Source: a virus
Virus record (IMG/VR): IMGVR_UViG_3300037261_000082
Coordinates: 36,178-100,177 of that record
Length of the DNA stretch: 64,000 bases
Strand: one strand, 5' to 3'
In this document: positions 9,928 through 20,091 of the stretch, in pieces
Layout: each line of letters starts with the position of its first letter
Numbering within the stretch: position 1 is the stretch's first letter
Position numbers and translations under genes: made by a program
Notes under the pieces: model-generated
The model's database searches: none
Seen by the model: only the letters and a program-made list of their open reading frames with translations
What the model was told of the DNA's origin: nothing

Positions 9928-10339
9928 GCTTTGCTTGGCTGCAGCGCTTCTGCTTGCGACGACGGCGGCAGAAGCGCGCAACAGCTGCCGGGAGGCAGGC
10001 TTAACCGGCAACGCCTTAAAGAACTGCTCTATCCAGCGTTATGTGCCCAAGCCAGCAGGATGTAAGTGGGCAACCTCCTATGGCAACGGAGATGGCTACT
10101 TAGGCAAGCCGGTGAGTGCTGGTGGTGTGCTAGACCGCACGACACCCACCGCTGCTCATCTCACCAAGCCATTAGGTAGCCATGTGCAGCTGCACCATGG
10201 AAACAGGAGTGTTACTGTTTTGATAAATGATCGGGGACCCCACCACTCGGTTGCTGAGTACGACTTATCCCCGGCTGCTGGTCGTGCTCTTGGGTTTGAA
10301 GGTGATACTGGCTACGTATGTGAGGGCTCAGGATCATAA
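9917..10339 (+). CDS. RlpA-like (DPBB) lytic transglycosylase
   Basis: Signal peptide; ATSYG, TAAH..PLGS, V.V.INDRGP and DLS.AA motifs. Confidence 0.85.
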   Translation: MPTRLCLAAALLLATTAAEARNSCREAGLTGNALKNCSIQRYVPKPAGCKWATSYGNGDGYLGKPVSAGGVLDRTTPTAAHLTKPLGSHVQLHHGNRSVTVLINDRGPHHSVAEYDLSPAAGRALGFEGDTGYVCEGSGS

Positions 10340-10359
10340 CCTAACATTCCTCTGCTTTG

Positions 10360-10400
10360 AAAGAGACCGTCTAGCATAACAGCTAGGCGGTCTTTTTATT
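10360..10400. terminator. Intrinsic terminator between convergent operons
   Basis: Stem AGACCGTCTAGC/GCTAGGCGGTCT followed by a T-run, with an A-run on the other side. Confidence 0.8.
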
Positions 10401-10521
10401 TGGGGTTAATGAAAGGCAATGATGAGGGCTATGAATGCTAGGATAACACAACCAATTATCAAAACAGAGACTCCGTTAGCAGCCCGTTCTTGAGTTTCTC
10501 GGAACCAATTTATCAAATGTC

Positions 10522-12357
10522 TCACTCGAAGTGTGCTCCTTTCGCTGTTTTAACAACAGTAACAGAGCCTGAAAATGCAGTGCCTTCACGAGCCATATGA
10601 TCAACCATCCAGATTTGTCTATCCAATCGTTCCGCCCGGTCACTAAGGTAGTCACACAGATCTCTTACGCCAGATTCACTGAGATGTCTGGTGGGTTCGT
10701 CCAGACATTCAAAGCTGGTTTCTACCCCTGCATGGTTGAGCAGCACCTGGCTTAGGGCAAGAGCTCCTACAATACGTAGCCGTTGCCCTTCTCCACCACT
10801 CCAATTCTCAAACCGCACAGCCTCCTTATTGCTAGGCGAGAGAATGACGGCATTGATGCCCCGCTGGGTTCCACCAGATTTAGTTTCCCTCTCCACATCA
10901 AACTTAATGGACCAGTCGTCTAGTCCAACTTCGGTCAAGGCGGCATTTGTGGTTAACTCTAGTTCCTGCAAGACCTCCTGGATGAGGTAGAGTTTTAAGT
11001 CCTTAAAGCCCTTGACCCAGAACTTCGTACGCTCCAACTGGCGTCCCGCTTTAGCAATGTCCTCTTTCAATTCGGTAAGCTTAACCTCGGTCTGCTGACT
11101 CTTACGGCGCAATGCTTGTACTTGCTCCTGGTAGGGATTGGAAGCCTCCTCCTGCTCCGTACGCCCACTCTTAAGAGCTAGTACCGTGGCGGCTAACTCA
11201 GCAACCTGGGGCTTGAGGAAGTCTAGTTCTACCCGAGCCTTATCAGCTTTGTCCTCAAAGTCCCCAGCCGCTGCAGAGGCTCGCTCTAGAGCGTCCTCTG
11301 CCTTTTCCTTAGCTAGGGTCAGCTTCTGGGGTATACCCGCTGCTATAACGGTCTGCAGGGCTTTCAGCTGGGCCTTTAGTTCTGCCTGGTGCTTAGCTAG
11401 CCCGGTGCCCTTCAAGGACTGGCCACAGGTAGGGCACTCCTCAGCCTCACCCAGCGTAGCCATTTCGCGTTCTATCTTGCGGGCCTCAGTCTTCTTCGTC
11501 TCTAAGAGATAACTAGAGCCACTGTGCACTTCCTTGTGCTGGGCAACAGCCTCAGCCAGCACCAGTATCTCTTTCTTCAGGGCCTTAAGTTCGGTAGTAG
11601 CACCATCCCAGGCTAGGTCCGCGTTGCCTAACTTAGCCCGCTGGCGTGCTAGGATAGCCTCTTGCTCCTTGAGAGTCTGGGCGGCTTTAGCAACCCGCTC
11701 ACGACGTTCGGCTTCCCATGCTGTTGAGTGAGTCTTTGCTGTGGCTAGCAAGCCCTCGGCCTGGGCTAGAGCAGCATTGAGGCCGGTTTCCTCACCTGTC
11801 AACTCAGCTGCCAATTGCTCTAGCTCACGGGCCTTCGCTGAGGCTCCAGTTGAACGATCTTCCCAACGCTCTAGGTTAAGCACATCCGCAAACAGTTGCA
11901 TCTTGTCTTTGGGGGAACGGTCTAAAAATAAGGGCTGGCCTTGCGCCAGCAGGACCGTGTTGGTAAATACATCAAAGGATAGTCCAATCAGCTTCTCGGC
12001 TTCTTCGGAGCCAACTTCCTGGCCGTCAATCCTAAGACCATTAGTAACCGCTGTGCGAGTGATCTCGTGAGGATCGCCGTCCAATTCTAAGCGTAGAGTA
12101 ACAGTGGGGGTGCCGCGTCCAGTCCAAGGCTTGATATCCGTGTTGCGAAGGCCGTCCGCCGTCTTGCCATAAAGACACCAGCATAATGCTGCGAATGCCG
12201 AACTCTTCCCGGCTCCATTAGCGCCAAGTTTGGGTTCGACGTCGTTCCTTCCACGCATAAACCAAAGACCAGAACCACGGGATGCAAAGCCCAAGGTCTG
12301 CTTCGTTGTGAAGCATTTGAAGTCAGAAATTTCTAGGGAGTCAAATTCCAGTCTCAT
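10522..12357 (-). CDS. SbcC/Rad50-like (gp46-like) SMC ATPase
   Basis: Walker A GANGAGKS, coiled coil, CPTC zinc hook, SGGE signature, LDEP Walker B. Confidence 0.92.
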   Translation of the reverse strand: MRLEFDSLEISDFKCFTTKQTLGFASRGSGLWFMRGRNDVEPKLGANGAGKSSAFAALCWCLYGKTADGLRNTDIKPWTGRGTPTVTLRLELDGDPHEITRTAVTNGLRIDGQEVGSEEAEKLIGLSFDVFTNTVLLAQGQPLFLDRSPKDKMQLFADVLNLERWEDRSTGASAKARELEQLAAELTGEETGLNAALAQAEGLLATAKTHSTAWEAERRERVAKAAQTLKEQEAILARQRAKLGNADLAWDGATTELKALKKEILVLAEAVAQHKEVHSGSSYLLETKKTEARKIEREMATLGEAEECPTCGQSLKGTGLAKHQAELKAQLKALQTVIAAGIPQKLTLAKEKAEDALERASAAAGDFEDKADKARVELDFLKPQVAELAATVLALKSGRTEQEEASNPYQEQVQALRRKSQQTEVKLTELKEDIAKAGRQLERTKFWVKGFKDLKLYLIQEVLQELELTTNAALTEVGLDDWSIKFDVERETKSGGTQRGINAVILSPSNKEAVRFENWSGGEGQRLRIVGALALSQVLLNHAGVETSFECLDEPTRHLSESGVRDLCDYLSDRAERLDRQIWMVDHMAREGTAFSGSVTVVKTAKGAHFE

Positions 12358-13373
12358 AACAACGTCAACCCTGTCTTTTCCGTACGCTCGTCAAGCCCAC
12401 GTGACTTAGCATACTCTTGGATTAACTGCTCGTCACTCTTGGTAGCCTTTGCCTTAATGGCTTTGGCAGAACCACGTTCTAGGGCAGTTACAACTGGCTG
12501 CACAAGGTGGATCAGATACCCATTGTCAACGCCCCAGGCTCTTACCTTAGCGGCTAGTTCAGGCCATTCAGCATGCTGCTCCGGTGCAATCGTCAAACGT
12601 ACTTTCAAGATATCACCAGGGTTGAGTTGACGCTGCTTACTTAACTCGGCAATTGATTTGACTTCTACAAGGCGCTTCTGGGGGCCGGTGCACGGAATAG
12701 AACGCAGCTTGCCGTTGTTCTCAATCAACAAACATCTTGGCATAAACTCATCGCCAAAATCTACATGAAAGGGTGCTCCCACGTAGGTCAGTGGCCCTAA
12801 TGTTTGTGGACGATGAATATCCCCGCTTATGATCTGCAGGTACTTTGGGAAGTAGTTGAGAGGGATGCCATCCAACTTAAATCCGGAATCACTCAGAGCA
12901 TTGGCGAAGGTCTGGTGCATAAAGGCTAGATCGTAACTCTTAAAGTCGATGTCAGCCCAGTCTCGCTCATAATTAGGAGAGAATGGAACGAATATAGCCC
13001 TGCCCAGGCTCCTAGCGGCGGTCGCTGGTACGTTCTTTAGGTCTCGTATAGGGGTGGGCTGCCCGACCCATGAAATACCCTCTATTCGCTGTAGAAACCT
13101 AAAATAAGGGTTATCAGGCGAGGAAAGGTAATCGTGGTTGCCTTGCAATACGATAACCGGGCAGACGGTGGCTAAGGCGTACAGGTGGTCAACTAGAGCG
13201 TTGACGAGTTCGGCGGGGTGAGCATCTTTCTCCTCACACAAGTCCCCGAGAATTATGACTAGTTCTGCTCCGAACTTCTTGGCTAGCGCGGGAAATCGCT
13301 TCATGAATTCGTGGCGGTAAGCGTCACGCACATTTGCGGATAGATGAATATCGGCTGTTACAAGTACGGTCAT
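12354..13373 (-). CDS. SbcD/Mre11-like (gp47-like) nuclease
   Basis: Metallophosphoesterase motifs ADIH, LGD, GNHD, SGDIH. Confidence 0.92.
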   Translation of the reverse strand: MTVLVTADIHLSANVRDAYRHEFMKRFPALAKKFGAELVIILGDLCEEKDAHPAELVNALVDHLYALATVCPVIVLQGNHDYLSSPDNPYFRFLQRIEGISWVGQPTPIRDLKNVPATAARSLGRAIFVPFSPNYERDWADIDFKSYDLAFMHQTFANALSDSGFKLDGIPLNYFPKYLQIISGDIHRPQTLGPLTYVGAPFHVDFGDEFMPRCLLIENNGKLRSIPCTGPQKRLVEVKSIAELSKQRQLNPGDILKVRLTIAPEQHAEWPELAAKVRAWGVDNGYLIHLVQPVVTALERGSAKAIKAKATKSDEQLIQEYAKSRGLDERTEKTGLTLL

Positions 13374-13843
13374 TTTGCGTCTAACACTCTTTCTAAATTA
13401 GCCTCAGCATACCGTAATAGACATACGGCATCTGCCTCATGCTCATTGCTGCCTTTATACCCCATACGCTTTGCAGCAATGATCATTTGATCCTTGCTGG
13501 CCTTTCCATGACCAGTAGCAAACTTCTTTATTGTGGGAACCGCCACATCGACAACGGGTAGCCCCGCGTTGGTTGCACAGGCTTCAATTATCCCGGCTAT
13601 GCCCCAGAGTGATCGAGTGGCGTCACGACCACGGGCGAAAGGAGTTTCGTAAACAGCAATATCAAACCCAGGACTACCCTGGCTTTGGTAGTCAAAGAAT
13701 AGGTTGTTTAGAAAAGTACTAAGGGAGCCTAGACGGTGGGCACGAGTCTCGCCGGTCAGCACTTCTAAATGAGTTGCGGGACGTTTAGAAAGATTATGGG
13801 CAAACGCAAAATTGCGGCCCAAGTCAAATGCAATGATTTTCAT
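13370..13843 (-). CDS. RuvC-like Holliday junction resolvase
   Basis: IIAFDLG, VYE, IKKFATGHGKASK and EADA motifs. Confidence 0.85.
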   Translation of the reverse strand: MKIIAFDLGRNFAFAHNLSKRPATHLEVLTGETRAHRLGSLSTFLNNLFFDYQSQGSPGFDIAVYETPFARGRDATRSLWGIAGIIEACATNAGLPVVDVAVPTIKKFATGHGKASKDQMIIAAKRMGYKGSNEHEADAVCLLRYAEANLERVLDAK

Positions 13844-14136
13844 TTTGTTTCCACTAGATCAAACTCAACAATTTCCATATCATTTTTCTTTCGATGGGGC
13901 TGTGGGGTTACCCGCAATGAGAAGTCTTCGTTCCCATTGTAATCAAGGCTGTAGTCATTCTCAAATATTCCTTGTAGCCAGTTACCTAAAAACGACCTAG
14001 CAGATAAGGCTGATGGGAATATGCGTGGGGGACTGTCGTTAGTTGGCTCAGAATGACTTCCTCCGCGCTTAAATCCACGCTTAAGAATTGGAATAAAGTA
14101 GCCGGTGGATTTTTGCCGAACAGCATAAGCTTTCAT
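13840..14136 (-). CDS. Hypothetical protein
   Basis: Start MKAYAVRQ after a GAGG RBS; stop overlaps the RuvC-like start. Confidence 0.65.
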   Translation of the reverse strand: MKAYAVRQKSTGYFIPILKRGFKRGGSHSEPTNDSPPRIFPSALSARSFLGNWLQGIFENDYSLDYNGNEDFSLRVTPQPHRKKNDMEIVEFDLVETK

Positions 14137-14258
14137 GGTAAGCCTCAAAATTAAGTGGTGGGGCACTTGGTTTCCGGACCCCACCGTGCCGGTCATAGGA
14201 TGAACGCAGACGGCAATCTGCGCTCTGGCCACCAAGCTAGGCCAAATCATACTTTACC

Positions 14259-14477
14259 TTATTCTGGGTCATTTCCTATGAGTTTGTTGGGTAGCCCTGA
14301 TACAAACCCCATCTTCTTCAACGGGGCTTCGTGCACAGGTTCGTCTAGGTCATGCGTTGCAGCGCGGGTCTGGATTGTTTTCAGGTCACCCTGAATTGAC
14401 CATCCACACGTGCATACGGCACGGAACAGGCCCGGTTCGTCAGGGCAGCGATAGAAGCGTGTGATGTGTGTGGTCAT
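14259..14477 (-). CDS. Small Cys/His protein
   Basis: CTCGW..H motif. Confidence 0.5.
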   Translation of the reverse strand: MTTHITRFYRCPDEPGLFRAVCTCGWSIQGDLKTIQTRAATHDLDEPVHEAPLKKMGFVSGLPNKLIGNDPE

Positions 14478-14565
14478 GATAGCACCACTGCCCAGACTGT
14501 CAACATAGCCACGAAAAGGGCCAATGCAACTAGAGTAGCCGCTTCATGCAGGATTGTCTTAGCCA

Positions 14566-14760
14566 TTAGCGGCTCCTCTTATTTGCTGCATCAACAAGTG
14601 CCGCCATTGCAGATTCAAATTTCTGTTCAGCCCTAACGTAACGTGTGTGCGCGGTATCAGTTTTGTGATGTTTAGCCCAAGCTATAGCCCAGGTTTGAGC
14701 TGCATCAATTGCGTTATCATGCCTTTTTACAACACGTTGGACTATGTCTTGCGGGATCAT
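14566..14760 (-). CDS. Hypothetical protein
   Basis: CATAGGAGG RBS. Confidence 0.6.
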   Translation of the reverse strand: MIPQDIVQRVVKRHDNAIDAAQTWAIAWAKHHKTDTAHTRYVRAEQKFESAMAALVDAANKRSR

Positions 14761-15212
14761 TCGCTACCTCCTATGATTGTTTTCCACTTAGTCACGACAC
14801 GTGCCGCAGCTTGGCGGCAGGCCTCGGCGTGCACTCCGCCGTAGTAAGCTGGGCGTGGATGCTTATAATCCGGTTCGGCTCCAGTACGCCAGCCGACATT
14901 ACCTAACGGGCCAAGCTTTACAACCTTGGTTTTGCCGCCAACATAGTCATAATTGACGGTCAGCGTTTCGGCTTCAGTTGTCTGTTCGTAATCAACGCCA
15001 AAGGATTCGACGATGCACTTGGCGCGTAAGAATTTCTCTCGCCAGTCCTTCTTGCGGCCAGCCAAATCCATATTGCCCCAATTCGGTGCGTTGTAGGTCT
15101 TGGCTGTTATGTAGTCACACCACGCCCCAAACTTGGCGGCATCCTCTGCCGCCTGCAAAAGAAAGGGTTCAGCGTCGTCAGCTAGCAACGTCAACGTAAC
15201 TTTGTTTGCCAT
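14757..15212 (-). CDS. Hypothetical early protein
   Basis: CATAGGAG RBS. Confidence 0.65.
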   Translation of the reverse strand: MANKVTLTLLADDAEPFLLQAAEDAAKFGAWCDYITAKTYNAPNWGNMDLAGRKKDWREKFLRAKCIVESFGVDYEQTTEAETLTVNYDYVGGKTKVVKLGPLGNVGWRTGAEPDYKHPRPAYYGGVHAEACRQAAARVVTKWKTIIGGSE

Positions 15213-15544
15213 TTGTCAGTCTCCTATGATGTTTCTGGGTGGCAAGGGCGGCTTTTGCACCGCCCTTGTTTCAACTATTTAAGCCAGGTAGTTTCTACCT
15301 CACGGTACTCAACGTCTGAAGGCTTTTGCCGTTTCCAGCGCAGTGCTTTTCTTTCACTGCGGTAAGCGCACACGGTTTCCATCCTTTCAAAAGTTCCCTC
15401 AGAGCAGAAATAGATACGCACAGGCTTGCGTTTACGCTTTTTTATGGCCATGTGAGTAGTCCGTTTCGGGTGGCGGCTACAACTGCAATAATTGTGAGCG
15501 AACCACTCACCATTAATGCAATAGACACGTAGTGCCACACTTTC

Positions 15545-15904
15545 TCAGCCCTGTGCATTATGCCCTCCTTGTCCCTTATGCATACCGAGCCATATCTCGG
15601 CAAACTTTTCGTAATCTTTCTTGGGAATACAGAATGCCCGGCCATCGTCAGTCACGGCATAGATCAACATTCTGGGATTTTCGTGGGCCAGGTACACCGC
15701 CACAGCAAAGGACTTAACTGTGGCTATTTCTGAGCCATTGAAGGTTCCGTATTTCACGATGTTGAAGTGACTTGCCGTACGGAATACCCGTTCTTCAAAA
15801 GCCTCACGGGTTGCCCCAAACTCAGGCTCGCGGTTGCTGGCCGCTAGCCTTAAATGGGTGAGGCGCTGGCTGGGTGATTTGGGTTGGGGGTAAGTGGTTT
15901 TCAT
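15545..15904 (-). CDS. Hypothetical protein
   Basis: ATGA-coupled to the upstream gene. Confidence 0.6.
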   Translation of the reverse strand: MKTTYPQPKSPSQRLTHLRLAASNREPEFGATREAFEERVFRTASHFNIVKYGTFNGSEIATVKSFAVAVYLAHENPRMLIYAVTDDGRAFCIPKKDYEKFAEIWLGMHKGQGGHNAQG

Positions 15905-16206
15905 CGGAAGGCCCCAACTTGCTCAGCAAGGTTGCGCAATTCGTAGCGCGGGGAAAACTGGTCCTTGAGTTTCCCCGTTTCGCGGTCCAGGTGGTCCCTG
16001 ATGCCACAGACGTCATGAAAGAAGTTAAAGTCGTCAGCGGCGAGCAGGTCGCTGAGCTTCAACGGACAGCCGTTTGAGATAACGGCTTCCAGGTCCATCA
16101 TCACGTCCAACTTCTTGCCAAAGTTTGGGAACCGTTTCAAGTAACGATTCGCAATTTGGCTCATCAGAAGTAAGTCATTGTGCGAAGCTTTGAATTGAAC
16201 AGTCAT
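15901..16206 (-). CDS. Conserved phage protein (DUF6874-like)
   Basis: MDL..NGCPLKL..LL.ADDFNF.HDV.GI..HLDR.TGKL...F.PR motif. Confidence 0.7.
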   Translation of the reverse strand: MTVQFKASHNDLLLMSQIANRYLKRFPNFGKKLDVMMDLEAVISNGCPLKLSDLLAADDFNFFHDVCGIRDHLDRETGKLKDQFSPRYELRNLAEQVGAFR

Positions 16207-16264
16207 GGTTCACTCCTATGATTAAGTTTGGGTTAGACCGGGCCGTTAAGCCCGGTCTTGTCTT

Positions 16265-17638
16265 TTACGCAGCGATTGCTACCTCTGTCCCACAGTCAAT
16301 AACCTTACCCCAGGGCAGAGCACTTCCGAGTCGCTCAACGGCGCGTGGGTCACCCCAGGCACAGAAAAGCGCAGGACTAGCCGGTTCCGGTCCTGGGTCG
16401 CCAATGTACAGGTCAGTACAGCAGACAATCAGGGACGCGTCCGGTTCGTTCTCCTCAACCCACGCAAACGCTGGGCGCATATCAGTACCACCACGCCCAG
16501 GAGCCTTGAACTCAATCTTGTCGCCGTCAATGTACCTGTCCACCTTATTGACGCGGGTGTCACAATAGACGGTTACGACTTCGCTGATTGAGCCATCGTC
16601 CATAGCGGCTTGTACTTCTTCTGCTATCTTGGCGAGTACCGGATCACTCATTGACCCAGAAGTATCGATAATGAACGCGACCTTGTTGATGCCATCGCGC
16701 TGACTGCCCGGTAGGATAGTTCCGGAGTAGGCAAAGCGACGGTTTGGGCGGTTCCAGGTATCAATACGACGGGCACCTGCGTCAATGTATTCACGCAGAA
16801 TGGCACGCCAATCCTGGGTAGGTGTTTTGCGACGTTCAATGATGCTTTCCCAGTGGCCCGGAAGGCTGCCCTGCTTCTTAGCAATGGCTGCTGCCTGACG
16901 AGTTACGACTTCCCACTTGGCGTCTAAGTCAGCCTTCTCGGCTGCGGTGCCAGGGGCGTCTAGTACTTCGCCACAGCCACCATCCTCGCCACATGACTGA
17001 GGTTTGCCAGAACCCTGGCCTTCCTCAGCTTCACCTTCGCCTTCTCCGTCGCCGTCCTCAGAAGGAGAACCTTCACCTTCCTCAGAGCCTTCACCTTCGT
17101 CATCACCAGCTTCATCACCAGCTTCGGAATCAGAGCCGTCGTCACTCTTATCCTCAGAAGCATCCTCAGACTTTTCGTCGTCCTGGGGCTTCTGTTCCTC
17201 TTGCTGCTGCTTCTGCTGTTCCTCAATTTCCAGGATGCGGTAGATTTCCTCAGCCGCCATACCTACAAATTCCTTACGGAACAGAATGCCGTCTGGCAAC
17301 TCAAAGCCTTCGGCTATTAAGTCACCATTGATGGCGTAGTCGCAGGCCTTGTTCCACCGCTGTGGGTCACGCCCAGCGCGGCGGGTAGAGTGATGGCGGG
17401 CATCGTGCTCACTTTCATGGGCCTGCGTACCCAGGATTTTCTTGGGAGGCAGGCTTACAATGAACTCCGGATTGTAGAAGTGCTGTACGGAGTTCGTCGC
17501 CATGGTGGGGAAGTCCCAGGACGGCACCGGGTCAACTTGGGACACCAGCACCGCATAGAACTTCCGTTCCAGGATTAGGGCTGCGCGTGCATTTCGGATC
17601 AGCACGGCAGCCTTGGCTTCCATCTCAACCTTGTCCAT
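16265..17638 (-). CDS. HExxH metallopeptidase-VWA domain protein (DUF2201-like)
   Basis: HESEH, N.ACDYAIN, acidic linker, DTSGS MIDAS motif, GRGGTD, TD. Confidence 0.88.
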   Translation of the reverse strand: MDKVEMEAKAAVLIRNARAALILERKFYAVLVSQVDPVPSWDFPTMATNSVQHFYNPEFIVSLPPKKILGTQAHESEHDARHHSTRRAGRDPQRWNKACDYAINGDLIAEGFELPDGILFRKEFVGMAAEEIYRILEIEEQQKQQQEEQKPQDDEKSEDASEDKSDDGSDSEAGDEAGDDEGEGSEEGEGSPSEDGDGEGEGEAEEGQGSGKPQSCGEDGGCGEVLDAPGTAAEKADLDAKWEVVTRQAAAIAKKQGSLPGHWESIIERRKTPTQDWRAILREYIDAGARRIDTWNRPNRRFAYSGTILPGSQRDGINKVAFIIDTSGSMSDPVLAKIAEEVQAAMDDGSISEVVTVYCDTRVNKVDRYIDGDKIEFKAPGRGGTDMRPAFAWVEENEPDASLIVCCTDLYIGDPGPEPASPALFCAWGDPRAVERLGSALPWGKVIDCGTEVAIAA

Positions 17639-17662
17639 AACCTTGCTCCTATGAAGGCAAGT

Positions 17663-18697
17663 TTAGTGAAGCGTGATATCTTGATTCGCAACAGCCCAAG
17701 TAACGTAGGCTGTTGTTTCTGCCAACTTCTTGTCGCGTTGCACGGCGTCGGTTACCGCCACGATCTCCAACTCGCGGTTCGTCTCGCCAATGCGCTTAGC
17801 GTAGGTCACGATGTTGTCGAAGTTCTTGCGATCAGCAAGGCGTCCGAGTGCCGTGACTACGGCATAGCATTCTGACCGTTCGGTAGGCAGCTTCGCAGTC
17901 TTGGGGTTGGCCAGAATGTCCTCGATGTTAGCGAGGGACTGGTACATAGCCACGAAGCTTTCCATTTCCGAGCCAACATCCTTACCTACGAGGGCCACGA
18001 AAGCCTTGTAGCGCAGCCGGGTAGGCATACTGACGTAGACGCCACACTTATAGACCGAACGGGGTGAAGCATAGGCGTTCTCATCCCCCAGCAACTGCCG
18101 GGAGATATGGTCAGGGCGGAATCGCCCAAAGGCCACGATTTCCGGCGCTAGGTTGGTACGTACGCAGTGACCAACCCACGACTCGTGGTCAAACACCATT
18201 GTGTAGTGGGCGAAGCGGTTACGAAGCGGCTTCGGCATCTGCACAACAGCACGGGAGTCCTTAGAACGATTGCCCATGGCCAGGATGACGCAATTATCAG
18301 GGAGGATATAATCCCCAACCTTGCGATCCAGAACCAGTTGCATAGCAACGGCCATCATTTGCATCGTGCCGGTATTGATTTCGTCCAGCACGAGAATAGA
18401 AGGACCGTCGCTTCCGTCCATTTTGGGCAACTCGCCTGGCACGAACCAGTCCGTAGTCTTGGTCTTCATGTTGGGCACCGGAATGCCCCGCATATCCACT
18501 GGCTCACGGATATTAAGGCGGAAGTCAAACTTCTTCCGACTCAAGGTGAGAGCAACCTGGTCTGAGAGTTCCGATTTGCCAATACCGGCATCGCCCCAGA
18601 CCATCACTGCCTGCTTCTGCTCGAAGTGCATGGGCAGTAGTTCAACCAGTTCCCGCGACGTCACGGGGTTCTCGATTTCCATGTTGATTGCCGTCAT
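17663..18697 (-). CDS. MoxR-like AAA+ ATPase
   Basis: GDAGIGKS, LVLDE, MGN, LRNRF, SPRS; start placed after CATAGGAG. Confidence 0.88.
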   Translation of the reverse strand: MTAINMEIENPVTSRELVELLPMHFEQKQAVMVWGDAGIGKSELSDQVALTLSRKKFDFRLNIREPVDMRGIPVPNMKTKTTDWFVPGELPKMDGSDGPSILVLDEINTGTMQMMAVAMQLVLDRKVGDYILPDNCVILAMGNRSKDSRAVVQMPKPLRNRFAHYTMVFDHESWVGHCVRTNLAPEIVAFGRFRPDHISRQLLGDENAYASPRSVYKCGVYVSMPTRLRYKAFVALVGKDVGSEMESFVAMYQSLANIEDILANPKTAKLPTERSECYAVVTALGRLADRKNFDNIVTYAKRIGETNRELEIVAVTDAVQRDKKLAETTAYVTWAVANQDITLH

Positions 18698-18732
18698 TGT
18701 CGTAGCTCCTATGATTAATCTGTTGTCGTGCT

Positions 18733-18930
18733 TTAAGGTGCGGGAATACACCTAACATTGTATCCTTCATTCATAATCCAAGCTTCGTTCCACCACAAAC
18801 CTGCTTCTTGATGGTGCATAAATTTGTGGGCGGCTTCTTTGCACGCTTGCTCTGTTTTGTATCCTGGTTGCAGAGCAGGTTGAGGAGTGCCAAGTCCTCC
18901 TAAAGTTATCAGCACAAGAGTCCATGTCAT
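18733..18930 (-). CDS. Small hypothetical protein
   Basis: CATAGGAG RBS; WTLVLI..C..C pattern. Confidence 0.6.
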   Translation of the reverse strand: MTWTLVLITLGGLGTPQPALQPGYKTEQACKEAAHKFMHHQEAGLWWNEAWIMNEGYNVRCIPAP

Positions 18931-18954
18931 TTTTAGTCTCCTATGGGGTTAAGC

Positions 18955-19857
18955 TTACGCCATAAACTTGGTGACGTCCTTGAGGATCTTCTCGGCAGCG
19001 TCCGCAACCTTCTCGCGGGCGTTATCACTTTCACGCAACTCTGGGGCATCGAACGCACAGAGGTCTTTCTCCATTTTGTCCGCTAGAGTATTGATGACCG
19101 GGTCGTCAGCAAAGTTGAAGGTGCGGAGCACAGGGACGAACTCACGGATGTTATCAACAAGGCTTCCGTAAAGTCGGCCTTCAGTCTTCTCGCCCTTTTC
19201 TGCTGCAGGCTTATAGGCACGCAGCCGGTCAACCATCGTACTGACGAGGGTTGCAGCTTTCTCAAGAGCAAACTTCTGGGCGTCGTGCAGCCCAGCCGCT
19301 AACCGCTTCTGAACGTCCGCTTCAATGTCAGCGAGTTGTTCTGACGCTATGTCACAGCGGAAGTCTGAGGATGGGCAAGGCATAACCGCCACGTCAAAGT
19401 AGAAGCGGTGCCCAATCTGGCTCTGGTCAGGGTAGTCAGCCGGGTCGAAGGCCCCATTGAGGCGCTTCTTGGCAGCCTCCACGAACGTGGGGTAAGCAGC
19501 CACGAATTCCTTGACGGCTGAGGAAAACTCCTCCTTGAGTTTCCGCATCTCATTCGTGTACTCAATATAGGCCACGGCGGGCAGCAACCGCTGGCCGTCC
19601 ATGTCCATCCAAGGGAGTGTCTTGGACCAGTTATACCCACGAGCCTTATTGTGGATATGGGTAATCTTTTCCAAGGCATCCTTGGCCAGCAGCTGCTTGT
19701 TGTAGCGACCAGCGTCGTCCTGCATGCCGTGAGAGGTATGCACGTCGTTCGTCAACTTCTTATCGAAGCGTCGCGCTGACCATTGCGAAATAGTCAACAC
19801 AGTGAGAACCGCCTTTTTGCTAAGGACGGACTCAGCATTCTTGATCGGATTGATCAT
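18955..19857 (-). CDS. DUF3150-like helical protein
   Basis: ISQWSARR.D, TLPW..G.RLLP, F...YP, F...DYP; first gene of the triad with the AAA and VWA genes. Confidence 0.7.
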   Translation of the reverse strand: MINPIKNAESVLSKKAVLTVLTISQWSARRFDKKLTNDVHTSHGMQDDAGRYNKQLLAKDALEKITHIHNKARGYNWSKTLPWMDMDGQRLLPAVAYIEYTNEMRKLKEEFSSAVKEFVAAYPTFVEAAKKRLNGAFDPADYPDQSQIGHRFYFDVAVMPCPSSDFRCDIASEQLADIEADVQKRLAAGLHDAQKFALEKAATLVSTMVDRLRAYKPAAEKGEKTEGRLYGSLVDNIREFVPVLRTFNFADDPVINTLADKMEKDLCAFDAPELRESDNAREKVADAAEKILKDVTKFMA

Positions 19858-20020
19858 GGTGTTAGTCTCCTATGATTAAGCTTTTGGTGCTAGTCGTTGT
19901 AGTGAAGCTTGATGCCGGCAGCACGGATGGCTACTGCCGGGTCGTTCTTAGGGGCTTGACCTTTTGTCGAACCATCGAACCGGGGGTGGGGTGTAGCCCG
20001 CGCTTGCCGACGCGACAGCT

Positions 20021-20051
20021 AGAATATGCGCTAATTCGGCAAAGTAAACAA
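20021..20051 (-). promoter_or_regulatory. Putative early leftward promoter containing a shared 13-bp box
   Basis: Minus strand TTGTTTACTTTGCCGAATTAGCGCATATTCT; CTTTGCCGAATTA recurs at 30026-30038. Confidence 0.5.
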
Positions 20052-20091
20052 GGGGTTTTGCCGGATTACCTGAAATATCTGAGGGGTGGAG

